Assembly (NCBI GenBank): GCA_964489665.1
Contig: CAZAZN010000003.1
Span: 28,192 to 60,191 of the forward strand
DNA length: 32,000 nt
Direction of reading: 5' to 3'
Source of the DNA: an uncultured Thermofilaceae archaeon
GTDB lineage: Archaea; Thermoproteota; Thermoprotei; Thermofilales; Thermofilaceae
The first letter of the stretch is position 1. The number at the start of each line of letters is the position of its first letter. The translations under genes were made by a program, and so were the position numbers. This document shows positions 16,364 to 25,349 of the stretch, in pieces. A model generated the notes under the pieces. That model had not been told where the DNA came from, did not search any database, and saw nothing but the letters and a program-made list of their open reading frames with translations.

Positions 16364-16400
16364 GATACCCCCCGGTGCCGCTATTTATCGGTTGCTCGAC

Positions 16401-16417
16401 AAATATAAACATTTGCA
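16401..16417 (-). promoter_or_regulatory. BRE/TATA promoter of the 613-aa gene
   Basis: The minus strand reads TGCAAAT-GTTTATATTT, with the TATA centre about 42 nt upstream of the ATG at 16363. GGGGGG (revcomp of 16368-16373) serves as an SD-like element in a short leader. Confidence 0.5.
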
Positions 16418-16605
16418 CACAATCACCGATGTGTCGGTATTACTATTTTACGAATTCGTAATACCATTGGCCAACTATCTTTCTCGTTTCGAATATATAT
16501 GCAACATAATACAAGGAAATTCGGTTAGCTCAATCGAGCTACGACTACGTTGTAGTGGGGATTACCAAGCATTTTAGATCTTAGGCTGCGGCTTTTAAGC
16601 TAGTG

Positions 16606-17844
16606 CTAGTAGCTTTTATAGCCCTTCTCCCTAAGCTCGTGCTCTACGATCTCCGCGACCCTCCTCAGAGGGATGCCCAGCTCCTTCGCTACCCTCTTTA
16701 AATCCTCGTACTCCGGCTTTACGTTAACAACCTTCCCGTACGGGGTCTTCGAGGTCTTAACCCTAATGTAGTACGTCCTCCCCTGAATAGACAGCTTAAC
16801 GACCTCCTTAGACCTGGCGGCAACGATCCTAGGCACCTCGAGCACGCGTACTCCTAGCGTTCCAGTCTCTTCCATCAAGACGTCCACGAGCCTGGCGTAG
16901 TCCCCCGGTCTGCACAGCACTTTAACTATGTGCACCGGCCTGTTCTTCTTGCCCGTAGCTGGGATTATCGAGACGTCTAGCGCCCCCTCCTCCATTAGCC
17001 TGCCGACTAGGTAGCCTAGCACCTCGCCCGTTACGTCATCTAGGTTGGTCTCTAGGACGATTATCTTGTCGCGAACCGCCTTACGGGTTTGCCCCACGAC
17101 CACCCTTAACACGTTCGGTACCCTCCCGTAGTCCTCGGGTCCCGCCCCATAGCCAACCCTCTCGAGGGCTAGGGGCGGGTAGAACTCGACGATTGTGCTC
17201 GTGAGGTTCGCGAGGAGGGCTGCGCCTAGGGGCGTTGTTAGCTGAGACTTCACGGGCGCGCTGGAGAACGCGTACCCGTGAATCGACAGTATCTCTAGGG
17301 TTAGCGGGTGAGGTACTGGGACCAGGCCGGGCCCTGGGACCACCCTAAACCCCCCGCCCAAGGCTGGGGGAGTCGTATAGACCTCCACGCCCTCGCCGAA
17401 CGCGCCAATCTCGTCGAGCAGGGCGGCGGCTCCCGCGATGAATAAGAGGGCCTTAGCCGGGTAAGGCTCTAGGAGCTGGAGCGACGTAGTCCCGTACACC
17501 CTGGAGAGCGCGCTTACTAGGTCGTCGAACACCCGCAGCGAGTACTCCCTAGCTTTAGCCGATAGGCCGGCGTCCTCAGCGATCTTCGCGAGGATCGCCC
17601 TAAACTCCTCCGCGGATGGGGAGCTGCCCTCCCTGCTGACGGACACGCTTAGGGCTTTAGCCCTAATGCCCCCTCTTTCGACCTCCACTAGATTTATGGC
17701 TAGGCGGTTGCGGACCGCCTTAGCCTCAATAATCCCTGCGAGCTCCTGAAGCCTCTCGTAGCTGGCGCCAGCGTCCACAAGGGCAGCTAGGAGCTTAGCC
17801 TCGGTAGCGCCCGAAATTCTAGGGTCTACTACGATCGTCCTCAT
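16606..17844 (-). CDS. larC: Full-length LarC-family protein with a degenerate N-terminal metal-site domain and a canonical C-terminal (LarC2-like) domain
   Basis: 412 aa. The C-terminal ETNLDDVTGEVLGYLVGRLMEEGALDVSIIPATGKKNRPVHIVKVL...ETGTLGVRV...KPEYEDLKRVAKELGIPL matches the LarC C-domain. At the N-terminus, GISGDM is replaced by RISGATEAK, and the HxHE..D..DI.G block is replaced by LQLLEPYPAKALLFIAG. Confidence 0.85.
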   Translation of the reverse strand: MRTIVVDPRISGATEAKLLAALVDAGASYERLQELAGIIEAKAVRNRLAINLVEVERGGIRAKALSVSVSREGSSPSAEEFRAILAKIAEDAGLSAKAREYSLRVFDDLVSALSRVYGTTSLQLLEPYPAKALLFIAGAAALLDEIGAFGEGVEVYTTPPALGGGFRVVPGPGLVPVPHPLTLEILSIHGYAFSSAPVKSQLTTPLGAALLANLTSTIVEFYPPLALERVGYGAGPEDYGRVPNVLRVVVGQTRKAVRDKIIVLETNLDDVTGEVLGYLVGRLMEEGALDVSIIPATGKKNRPVHIVKVLCRPGDYARLVDVLMEETGTLGVRVLEVPRIVAARSKEVVKLSIQGRTYYIRVKTSKTPYGKVVNVKPEYEDLKRVAKELGIPLRRVAEIVEHELREKGYKSY

Positions 17845-18057
17845 GCGACCACGCCTTTATCCCAAGCTCGCTTATTCGCTGGCGCGTTGCTCTAGAATAG
17901 CTTTCTACTCGCTCCGCACTGCAGGCCCTGAAGAGGCTCTATTAGATCGGGCTAGCATCCTTTCTGTGCAAGTGCGCTCAGCCTAGGCTCTCCGAAAGCT
18001 TATGGCGGCGCTTAGCGCAGAAGCTTTTTAGGTCAGCTTAACTACGGAGAGGAGGCG

Positions 18058-19794
18058 ATGCAGCTTAAGCTCACGCTCATAACCGGTAGGAGCCTTAGCC
18101 AGGGCGTGTCTGTCGAGGACAAGTTCGAGAGGGAGTACCTCGAGAGCGTTGCCGTTGCAGCGCTTGACGAGGACGATATGAAGAGGCTGGGGGTGCGGGA
18201 GGGGGGCCGCGTTAAGATCAGGTCCGCGTTTGGGGAGGTTGTCGTCAGGGCTGTTAGGTCAAAGCTCCCCTGCAAGGGAGTCGTGTTCGTGCCCATGGGG
18301 CCTTGGGCTAATGCACTCACAAGCCCTTACACGGATGGTTCGGGGATGCCCACGCTTAAGGGGCTAGAGGTGGAGGTAGCTCCAACGGATGAGGAGGTAA
18401 CGCCCGTCGAGCGGCTCCTAGCTGGGATGGGTAGGCGCCCTTTAAAGGCCGTGGAGGCTAGCGGCGCGGAGGACCCCGAGGGCGTTGAGGGGAGGAAAGT
18501 GGTGAGGCACTTCGTCTGCAGCTTCTGCGGCTGTTTATGCGACGACCTCGAGGTCGTGGTCTCTAGGGGCAGGGTTGTCGAGGTAAGGGGGGCGTGCCCC
18601 CTTGGTAGAGCCAAGATACTGGGCTACGCTAGGAACAGGATCCTACACCCCTACGTTAGGGAAGGGAACGGGTTAAGGAGGGTTAGCTTAAAGGAGGCCG
18701 TTAGGAGGGCGGCAGAGATACTGGTTAACGCTAAGTACCCGCTGCTCTTCGGCTGGAGCTCTACGTCCGTGGAGGCGATTGAGAGGGGGCTCGAGCTAGC
18801 CGAGCTCGTCGGAGGGGTTATGGATAACACTAGCGTGATATGCCACGGCCCCACGATACAGGCGCTTCAGGAGGTGGGGCTCGTTACGTCGACGCTAGGG
18901 CAGGTCAAGAACTTCGCGGACCTGATCATCTACTGGGGCTGCAACCCGCTTGAGGCCCACCCGAGGCACATGTCCAGGTACAGCGCGATGGCGCGCGGAG
19001 TGTACAGGAGGTCTAGGAGAGAGAGGAAGGTCGTGGTCGTGGACGTTAGGCGCACGAGTACGGCTAGGCTCGCCGACGTGTTCGTAAAGGTGGAGCCTGG
19101 ACGCGACTACGAGCTCATAAGCGCGCTCAGGATGGCCGTAAGGGGGCTTGACATAGAGCGCGACGAGGTGGCTGGAGTCCCCGTGGAGCAGGTCTACGAG
19201 CTGGCCGAGATTATGATGAGCTGCAGGTTCGGCGTTGTATTCTACGGCCTAGGCGTCACCATGACGGCTGGGAAGAGCAGGAACGTCGAAGAGCTCTCTA
19301 GGCTAGTCCAGGACCTGAACGAGTGGACGAAGTTCGTCCTCATAGCTATGAGGGGACACTACAACGTTACCGGCGCTAACCAGGCGTTCACCTGGACTAC
19401 GGGGTACCCCTACTCGGTGGACTTTAGCAAGGGCTACCCGAGGTACAACCCCGGCGTTACCAGCGCGACCGACCTGCTGCTTGAGGGAAGCGTCGACGCG
19501 GCGCTGATAGTGGCGTCCGATCCCATCGCCCACCTGCCTAGGGAGTGCGTTAGGCACCTGCTCGAGATCCCGCTCATAACCATCGACCCGAAGTGGAGCC
19601 TTACGGCCTCCGTGTCCGACGTGATCATACCGTCAGCGGTAACGGGCGTTGAGTGCGGCGGTACGGCGTACAGGATGGATAAGGTGCCCCTAAGGCTGAA
19701 GAAAGCCGTCGACCCGCCCAAGGGGGTGCTCCCCGACTACGAGGTCCTCGAGATGATCATCTCGGAGGTTAGGAGGCTAAAGGGCGCGGGGTGA
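18058..19794 (+). CDS. fwdB: Formylmethanofuran dehydrogenase, fused subunits D (N-terminal) and B (C-terminal)
   Basis: 578 aa. Residues 1-115 form an FwdD-type pterin-capping barrel: LTLITGRS..QG, GGRVKIRSAFGEVVVRA, VFVPMGPWAN. From about residue 150 the sequence is FwdB: the Fe-S motif CSFCGCLCDD...GACPLG, and the active-site region DNTSVICHGPT with Cys rather than Sec. An SD-like GGAGAGGAGG lies upstream. Confidence 0.85.
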   Translation: MQLKLTLITGRSLSQGVSVEDKFEREYLESVAVAALDEDDMKRLGVREGGRVKIRSAFGEVVVRAVRSKLPCKGVVFVPMGPWANALTSPYTDGSGMPTLKGLEVEVAPTDEEVTPVERLLAGMGRRPLKAVEASGAEDPEGVEGRKVVRHFVCSFCGCLCDDLEVVVSRGRVVEVRGACPLGRAKILGYARNRILHPYVREGNGLRRVSLKEAVRRAAEILVNAKYPLLFGWSSTSVEAIERGLELAELVGGVMDNTSVICHGPTIQALQEVGLVTSTLGQVKNFADLIIYWGCNPLEAHPRHMSRYSAMARGVYRRSRRERKVVVVDVRRTSTARLADVFVKVEPGRDYELISALRMAVRGLDIERDEVAGVPVEQVYELAEIMMSCRFGVVFYGLGVTMTAGKSRNVEELSRLVQDLNEWTKFVLIAMRGHYNVTGANQAFTWTTGYPYSVDFSKGYPRYNPGVTSATDLLLEGSVDAALIVASDPIAHLPRECVRHLLEIPLITIDPKWSLTASVSDVIIPSAVTGVECGGTAYRMDKVPLRLKKAVDPPKGVLPDYEVLEMIISEVRRLKGAG

Positions 19795-19798
19795 GAGC

Positions 19799-21493
19799 TT
19801 GGAGCTTCTGATTAGGAACGGGTACGTCTACGACCCAATCAACGGCGTAAGGGGCGAGGTAATGGACATCGCCATAAAGGACGGGAAGATAGTGGAGGAC
19901 AGCGAGATTAACCTGAGGAAGGCCAAGGTCATCGACGCCTCGCACAAGGTCGTCATGCCCGGGGGCGTCGACATACACTCGCACATAGCTGGGCCTAAGG
20001 TTAACGTCGGAAGGATGATGATGGTTAGCGACCACTACCGGAGCTTCATGAGGGCTAAGCCGCCAATCAGGAGGTCGGGGACCGGGAAGTACACCCCCAG
20101 CACCTACCTCACCGGGTACAGGTACGCTAGGATGGGGTGGACCATGGCGGTCGAGCCCGCGTCGCCGCCGCTGAAGACGAGGCATACACACGAGGAGCTG
20201 AACAGCATCCCGATACTGGATAAGGCCGTGCTCGTGCTCGTCGACTCCAACAGGCTCCTCCTACGCTACCTGAGCGGGGGAGACCTAGACCGCTGTAAGG
20301 AGTTCCTGAAGTGGCTCCTAGCGGCGACTAAGGCGTATGGCGTAAAGCTAGTAGACCCCGGCTCCGCGGTCCTCTGGAGCCTTGGCAGGGAGGGGCCGAG
20401 CATAGACGACGTAATAGAGCCTTACGGCATAACCCCGAGGGAGATAGTTAGGGGGCTATGCAGGGTCGTTAGCGACCTAAAGCTCCCCCACGCTGTACAT
20501 GTTCACTGCAACCGCCTAGGAGTCCCGGGAGGCTACGCCGACGCGATCGAGACCGTTAAGACAGCTCCGCCCTCCGACAGCGTAAACCTTCACCTAGCGC
20601 ACCTCCAGTTTAACTCTTACGCGGGAGACGACTGGTCAAGCATGGAGAGCGGCGCAGAGGAGGTTGCGAAGCTGCTAAACTCTCGCAGCAACGTTAGCCT
20701 AGATATCGGGCAGATAGACTTCGGGACAGCCATCACCATGACGGCCGACGCGCCGTTCGAGTTCGCGCTCTACCACATCGCCAGGTGGAAGTGGGCTGGC
20801 GCTGACGTCGAGGCCGAGGCGGCCTCCGGAATAGTTCCTTACAAGTATAAGAAGAGGAACTACGTGAACGCCCTCCAGTGGTGCATAGGGCTCGAGCTAG
20901 CCCTGCTCGTAAGGGATCCGTGGAGGGTCGTGTTATCCACGGACCACCCGAATGGAGCGCCCTTCACCAGGTACCCGAAGATCATCGCCCTGCTGATGAG
21001 CAGGAGGTTTAGGGAGAAGGTCATGGAGAAGCTGAACAGGGCCGCTCTGAAGCGGAGCGCCCTTCCCTCGATCAACCGCGAGTACGACCTCTACGACGTC
21101 ACGATAATCACGAGAGCGGCTCCGGCGAAGCTACTCGGCCTCGACGCGTTTAAGGGGCACCTAGGCGTGGGAGCTGACGGCGACGTGGCGATATATGACA
21201 TCGACCCAGAGCGCGTTGACCCCTCTAGGGACTTTGAGCGGATAGTCAGGGCCTTTAAGCGGGCGAAGTACACAATTAAGGACGGCACGGTGGTCGTTAA
21301 GAACGGCGAGGTAGTGAGGGCGGCGCTTGGCAGGACGTTCTACGTAAGCTTTGACGGGAGGCCTGGCGAAGGGCTAGAGGGAGAGATCCGTGAGTTCTTC
21401 AGGAAGTGGTACTCCGTAGAGCTCGAGAACTACGTGATAGGCGAGGATGAGCTTAGGAGGCCCTACCCGATTCGCTGCGGAGCGGCCGGGTGA
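19799..21493 (+). CDS. fwdA: Formylmethanofuran dehydrogenase subunit A (amidohydrolase)
   Basis: 564 aa with a TTG start 5 nt after the fwdDB stop. LIRNGYVYDP, VMPGGVDIHSHIAGPKVN and HVHCN are the typical FwdA metal-site motifs. Confidence 0.9.
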   Translation: MELLIRNGYVYDPINGVRGEVMDIAIKDGKIVEDSEINLRKAKVIDASHKVVMPGGVDIHSHIAGPKVNVGRMMMVSDHYRSFMRAKPPIRRSGTGKYTPSTYLTGYRYARMGWTMAVEPASPPLKTRHTHEELNSIPILDKAVLVLVDSNRLLLRYLSGGDLDRCKEFLKWLLAATKAYGVKLVDPGSAVLWSLGREGPSIDDVIEPYGITPREIVRGLCRVVSDLKLPHAVHVHCNRLGVPGGYADAIETVKTAPPSDSVNLHLAHLQFNSYAGDDWSSMESGAEEVAKLLNSRSNVSLDIGQIDFGTAITMTADAPFEFALYHIARWKWAGADVEAEAASGIVPYKYKKRNYVNALQWCIGLELALLVRDPWRVVLSTDHPNGAPFTRYPKIIALLMSRRFREKVMEKLNRAALKRSALPSINREYDLYDVTIITRAAPAKLLGLDAFKGHLGVGADGDVAIYDIDPERVDPSRDFERIVRAFKRAKYTIKDGTVVVKNGEVVRAALGRTFYVSFDGRPGEGLEGEIREFFRKWYSVELENYVIGEDELRRPYPIRCGAAG

Positions 21494-21497
21494 GAAC

Positions 21498-22358
21498 GTG
21501 GGGGTGCGCGTCTTAATAGTCTCGCCGAGAAGGAGGTTTAGGGTCCCAGTGGAGGCGGCGTGCCTATCGCCTGACAGGATCTCCGAGCTTACGCTAGAGG
21601 AGATCGAGCGCCTCAAGGCGTACGAGGGAAATAGGCTGGTTAAGCTAGGCGAGATCTTCCGCCTAAGAGAGGAAGGCGACGCCAGCTCCGACTCCGTTAG
21701 GCTAGTGCTGGAGGGGGACTTCGGGAAGGTATGGAGAATAGGCGAGGGTATGAAGTCGGGAGAGATAGTCGTGAAGGGCGACGTGGGCCACTTCTTAGGG
21801 TTTAGGATGGCGGGCGGCTCTATTCAAGTGCACGGCAACGCTGGCTCCTGGGTAGGCGCCGAGATGAGGGGAGGCGTAATCGAGGTTCACGGCAACGCTG
21901 GCGACCACGTCGGCGCAGTGCTTAGGGGCGAGAGGCCGTCAAAGGGGATGTGCGGCGGTACGATAGTAGTGCACGGCGACGTTGGAGCGGAGGCGGGCGC
22001 CGGGATGAGGAAGGGTGCCATAATAGTCAACGGCAACTGCGGGTACCTCCCAGGCGTGAACATGAGCGGGGGCAGCATACTGGTGAGGGGGAGCTGTAGG
22101 GGCAAGGCTGGAGCTAGGATGAGAGGAGGTAAGGTGGTCATATGCGGCCATGCCGGGGAGGTGCTGCCGACGTTTTACCTCGACGACGTCGTGGAGTCGG
22201 TTAAGGTTAAGGGGGAGAGGATCGAGGGCCCGTTCTACCTGTTCGTAGGCGACGTGCTCGGCGACGTAGGGTGTCTGGGCAGGCTGTACGTCTCGGTTAA
22301 GGGCAACAAGCACCTCAAGGCTCTAGCGGAGAAGCTACTAGGGTCGCGCTTTGGCTAA
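21498..22358 (+). CDS. fwdC: Formylmethanofuran dehydrogenase subunit C
   Basis: Reiterated glycine-rich beta-helix repeats: G.VG...G..M.GG.I.VHGNAG, repeated 6-7 times. The track ORF (from 21447) overlaps fwdA. In-frame GTG at 21498 or 21504, just after the fwdA stop at 21493, is the more likely start. Confidence 0.85.
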   Translation: MGVRVLIVSPRRRFRVPVEAACLSPDRISELTLEEIERLKAYEGNRLVKLGEIFRLREEGDASSDSVRLVLEGDFGKVWRIGEGMKSGEIVVKGDVGHFLGFRMAGGSIQVHGNAGSWVGAEMRGGVIEVHGNAGDHVGAVLRGERPSKGMCGGTIVVHGDVGAEAGAGMRKGAIIVNGNCGYLPGVNMSGGSILVRGSCRGKAGARMRGGKVVICGHAGEVLPTFYLDDVVESVKVKGERIEGPFYLFVGDVLGDVGCLGRLYVSVKGNKHLKALAEKLLGSRFG

Positions 22359-22417
22359 CCTTATTTGGCTCGCCGAGCCGCGAGAAAGCGAGCTTGCGCG
22401 AGCAGGGGCGGTAGGGG

Positions 22418-23383
22418 ATGGCGGTTAGCGTGAACAAGAGGGCCCTTAAGATACTGGAGGGGATGCTTAGCGAGGAGGATGCGCTGGGGATTAAGTCGTT
22501 TAGATCGAAGTGTGGCGCCACAGTGGTCGACTGCGGGGTTAAGGCCCCCGGTAGCTGTAGGGCGGGTATCTACGTTGCGGAGATATGCCTCGGCGGGCTC
22601 GCAAGCATATCGCTAACCCTTAAGGCTTATGGAGATCTAACCCTCCCGGCGATAGAGGAGGCGGTAGACTTCCCAGCTATAGCCTGTATGTGCTCGCAGT
22701 ACGCTGGGTGGAGGATAGCCTTTAAGGGCTTTAGAGGGCTAGGCTCGGGGCCTGCGAGGGCGCTAGCCCTCAAGCCTAGGAAGCTCTTCGAGAAGATAGG
22801 GTATCGCGACTCATCGGACGAGGCAGTGCTCGTCTTAGAGGCCGACGAGTACCCTCCCGACGGGGCACTAGCCGCGATAGCGGAGGTGTGTCATGTCGAT
22901 CCGGAGAACCTGTACGTCCTGGTCGCCCCCACCAATAGCGTCGTCGGCTCGATCCAGGTTAGCTGCAGGGTCGTTGAGACGGGCATCCACAGGCTGGACG
23001 TCCTAGGCTTCGACGTGAAGCGCGTAGAGCAGGGTTTGGGGAGGTGCCCGGTGGCCCCCCTCCACCCCGACCCCACGATCATGATGGGGCTCGCTAACGA
23101 CGCCCTGATATACGCTGGCGAGGTGTTCCTAACGGTCTCGTTCCAGGATGACTCGGAGCTCGCAAGCCTCGTGCGCGAGGCCTCCTCCACAACCTCGCCG
23201 AGCTACGGAAAGCCCTTCTACGAGATATACAGGGAGGCGGGCTTCGACTTCTACAGGATCGATCCGAGGATATTTGCTCCCGCCAGCATAACCGTGCTGA
23301 ACAGGGCTTCGGGGAGGGTGTTTAGGAGCGGGCGCGTAGATGCAGGGTTGCTGGCGAACTTCTGGGAGAGGTACCTCTCCTAG
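22418..23383 (+). CDS. mch: Methenyl-H4MPT cyclohydrolase
   Basis: 321 aa with VSVNKRAL, TVVDCGVKAPG, AGWRI, GLGSGPARALALKP, DPENLYVLVAPTNSVVGSIQVSCRVVETG, SPSYGKPFYEIY and DFYRIDPRIFAPA. It is collinear with archaeal Mch. Confidence 0.9.
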   Translation: MAVSVNKRALKILEGMLSEEDALGIKSFRSKCGATVVDCGVKAPGSCRAGIYVAEICLGGLASISLTLKAYGDLTLPAIEEAVDFPAIACMCSQYAGWRIAFKGFRGLGSGPARALALKPRKLFEKIGYRDSSDEAVLVLEADEYPPDGALAAIAEVCHVDPENLYVLVAPTNSVVGSIQVSCRVVETGIHRLDVLGFDVKRVEQGLGRCPVAPLHPDPTIMMGLANDALIYAGEVFLTVSFQDDSELASLVREASSTTSPSYGKPFYEIYREAGFDFYRIDPRIFAPASITVLNRASGRVFRSGRVDAGLLANFWERYLS

Positions 23384-23455
23384 GCCTATCGCTAAGTAAA
23401 GCCCTGGCTAGCCGCTAGAGAGCGAGTATTTAAGGCGTCTTTTTACAATTTAGCC

Positions 23456-23755
23456 GTGAGCGATGGGTACGCTGAGAGAGCTGCTAGCGTGCTATTTAGC
23501 CACCTCGAGATGATGGTCCCGCCGCTAGCGCTCTTCGTTATCCTAGCGTTGGTATCCTTTAGGATCATGCCCCTGTTCCTGATATGGCCGCCGCTCTTCT
23601 ATCCAGGGCTCGAGAAGGGGGCTGCGTGGCCGTGGTCGACCGTACTAATGCGGGCGGTGATAGCAGCGGGAGCAGTGCTGGTGATCCTGCTAGTGGGGGC
23701 GCCTATAGTGCTATGTATGAAGGTAGGGTCGCCTACTACCACCTTGGGGCTGTAA
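23456..23755 (+). CDS. Small hydrophobic protein (hypothetical, 99 aa)
   Basis: GTG-start ORF with 2-3 predicted helices. Its last 12 codons lie inside repeat copy 1. Support is weak. Confidence 0.35.
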   Translation: MSDGYAERAASVLFSHLEMMVPPLALFVILALVSFRIMPLFLIWPPLFYPGLEKGAAWPWSTVLMRAVIAAGAVLVILLVGAPIVLCMKVGSPTTTLGL

Positions 23756-23768
23756 AATCGTTGACGAA
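23720..23768. repeat. 49-bp direct repeat, copy 1
   Basis: AAGGTAGGGTCGCCTACTACCACCTTGGGGCTGTAAAATCGTTGACGAA. 45/49 bases are identical to 25350-25398. Confidence 0.85.
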
Positions 23769-23835
23769 TACATAGCCGATATGGCTCTCGACGCCGTGCT
23801 CATCGGGCGCTGTAGTTTAGAGAAGAGCTTTCGAG

Positions 23836-24171
23836 GTGGCTGAGGGCAGATACGTGTCCTTCCTCCTCCTATCCCTGCTCATGGGGCTAGTCACGATCCT
23901 GCTCTCCATGATACCGCTGATAGGCACAGCGCTAGCCCTAACATTGCTGTCCGCAGTCCCCCTTCTCCTGCTCAGGAGGAGGGATACAGGCGGCGCGGTC
24001 AGCGAGTCCGCCTCCACGATAATAGACGCCACGCGCAAAGACCTCGAGGTCCCGGTAGCGGCGTTCATAGCCTTCCTGCTATCGAGCTTCATACCTCTCC
24101 TATCGATCCTAGCGTGGCCCTACGTCGCGGTGCTCTACGCCCCATACCTCTCGAAGATCAAGAAGCTCTAG
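23836..24171 (+). CDS. Small membrane protein (hypothetical, 111 aa)
   Basis: GTG-start ORF with hydrophobic helices at both ends and a charged middle (RRRDTGG). No family recognised. Confidence 0.4.
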   Translation: MAEGRYVSFLLLSLLMGLVTILLSMIPLIGTALALTLLSAVPLLLLRRRDTGGAVSESASTIIDATRKDLEVPVAAFIAFLLSSFIPLLSILAWPYVAVLYAPYLSKIKKL

Positions 24172-25339
24172 ACTCGACCCACTCCCTAAACCTCCTAAGC
24201 CCCTCCCTTATCTTTTCCCTGGAGAGGGCGAAGGACAGCCTTAGGTGGCGGCTCCCAGCCTCGAATGGGAAGGAGGTCCCTGGGAGCACTAGCACGCCCG
24301 TTTCTCTTAGCAGGTCCCTCGACAGCTGCTCCGGGGAGCTGTACCCCAGCGCGTCCATGAGCTCGGATACGTTCGGGAACGCGTAGAACGCGCCTCTGGG
24401 CTTCACGAGCCTAACCCCAGGCACCTTGCCGAGCTCCTCGACCATCACGTCTCTACGCTCCCTAAACACCTTAGCGAGCTCCCTAACCCACTCCCGCCAG
24501 TTCTCGATGGCGGCTACCCCGGCTAGCTGGACGAACGGCGGGACGCACGAATAGGTCACGTTAGCTACGGCCGCAGCCTTGCTAGCGAGCTTCTCGCTAG
24601 CCACCAGGAACCCGAGCCTCCACCCCGTCATCGAGAACGTCTTCGAGAAGCTGTTAACGTAGGCTATAAACCCCCTCCAGTCGGGGTGAGATAGCGAGGG
24701 AACGTGCCTACCCTCGTAGACGAAGAACTCGTAGACCTCGTCGGATATCACGGCTAGCCCCCTTTCCTCAGCTAGCTCTAGCAACTCCATCAGCCTCCTG
24801 CCGCTGAGCATGGACCCCGTCGGGTTATGCGGGAAGTTTAGCAGCATGGCCCGCGTCCTCGGAGATATGGCGGCCTCAACGTCCTCCACGCTGAGCGCCC
24901 AGCCGTCCTCCTCCCTTAGCCTAACCGGCCTGGGGACCCCGCCTAGGAACTTTATCATGTCATCGTAGGAGGGGTAGCAGGGGTCGGGCACTATCACCTC
25001 ATCCCCCTCGTCGATCAGGCAGGCTAGGGCCGCGAAGATGGCGGCCTTAGCCCCGGCCGTTACGGCGACCTCTCCCGGCTTAACGTCGAGGCCGTACCTC
25101 TCGTTAAGCCACTCGGCCAGGGCCTCCCTTAGCGCCTCTAGGCCAGCGCTCGGGGCGTAGCCCGTCCAGCCCTCGTCCATCGCGCGCTTAGCGGCTTCCC
25201 TAACGAACTCTGGGGTGGGGAGGTCGGGCTGCCCTATGCCGAAGGATATGACGTCCACTCCTCTAGCCCTAAGCTCCTCTACTACCCTTAGGTAGGCGAA
25301 CGTGGCGCTCTCCCTAAGCTCCCTAGCCCGCCTAGACAT
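24158..25339 (-). CDS. Class I/II PLP-dependent aminotransferase (aspartate aminotransferase family)
   Basis: FGIGQPDLPTP, NFPHNPTG and the PLP-lysine motif NSFSKTFSMTGWRLGF. The track start at 25372 lies inside repeat copy 2. The in-frame ATG at 25339 (MSRRARELRESATF...) is the more plausible start. Confidence 0.85.
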   Translation of the reverse strand: MSRRARELRESATFAYLRVVEELRARGVDVISFGIGQPDLPTPEFVREAAKRAMDEGWTGYAPSAGLEALREALAEWLNERYGLDVKPGEVAVTAGAKAAIFAALACLIDEGDEVIVPDPCYPSYDDMIKFLGGVPRPVRLREEDGWALSVEDVEAAISPRTRAMLLNFPHNPTGSMLSGRRLMELLELAEERGLAVISDEVYEFFVYEGRHVPSLSHPDWRGFIAYVNSFSKTFSMTGWRLGFLVASEKLASKAAAVANVTYSCVPPFVQLAGVAAIENWREWVRELAKVFRERRDVMVEELGKVPGVRLVKPRGAFYAFPNVSELMDALGYSSPEQLSRDLLRETGVLVLPGTSFPFEAGSRHLRLSFALSREKIREGLRRFREWVESRAS

Positions 25340-25349
25340 GTGGAGCCGC

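Noticed and set aside
16137-16577. 146-aa plus-strand ORF spanning the orphan gene start and the AT-rich intergenic region
   Set aside because: Its first half is antisense to the 613-aa gene and its second half runs through promoter and palindrome DNA. Its codon usage is unlike its neighbours.
21780-22140. Apparent periodic repetition in the DNA (candidate tandem repeat)
   Set aside because: The periodicity is at the protein level, from the glycine-rich beta-helix repeats of FwdC (G..M.GG.I.V.GNAG). The nucleotide copies are not conserved, and there are no spacers or CRISPR-like structure.
23722-23745. Possible tRNA 3' fragment or att site in the direct repeat (GGTAGGGTCGCCTACTACCACC)
   Set aside because: There is no T-loop (GTTCRANYC) and no acceptor-stem complementarity. 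Only a 5-bp hairpin is present, so it cannot be called a tRNA remnant.
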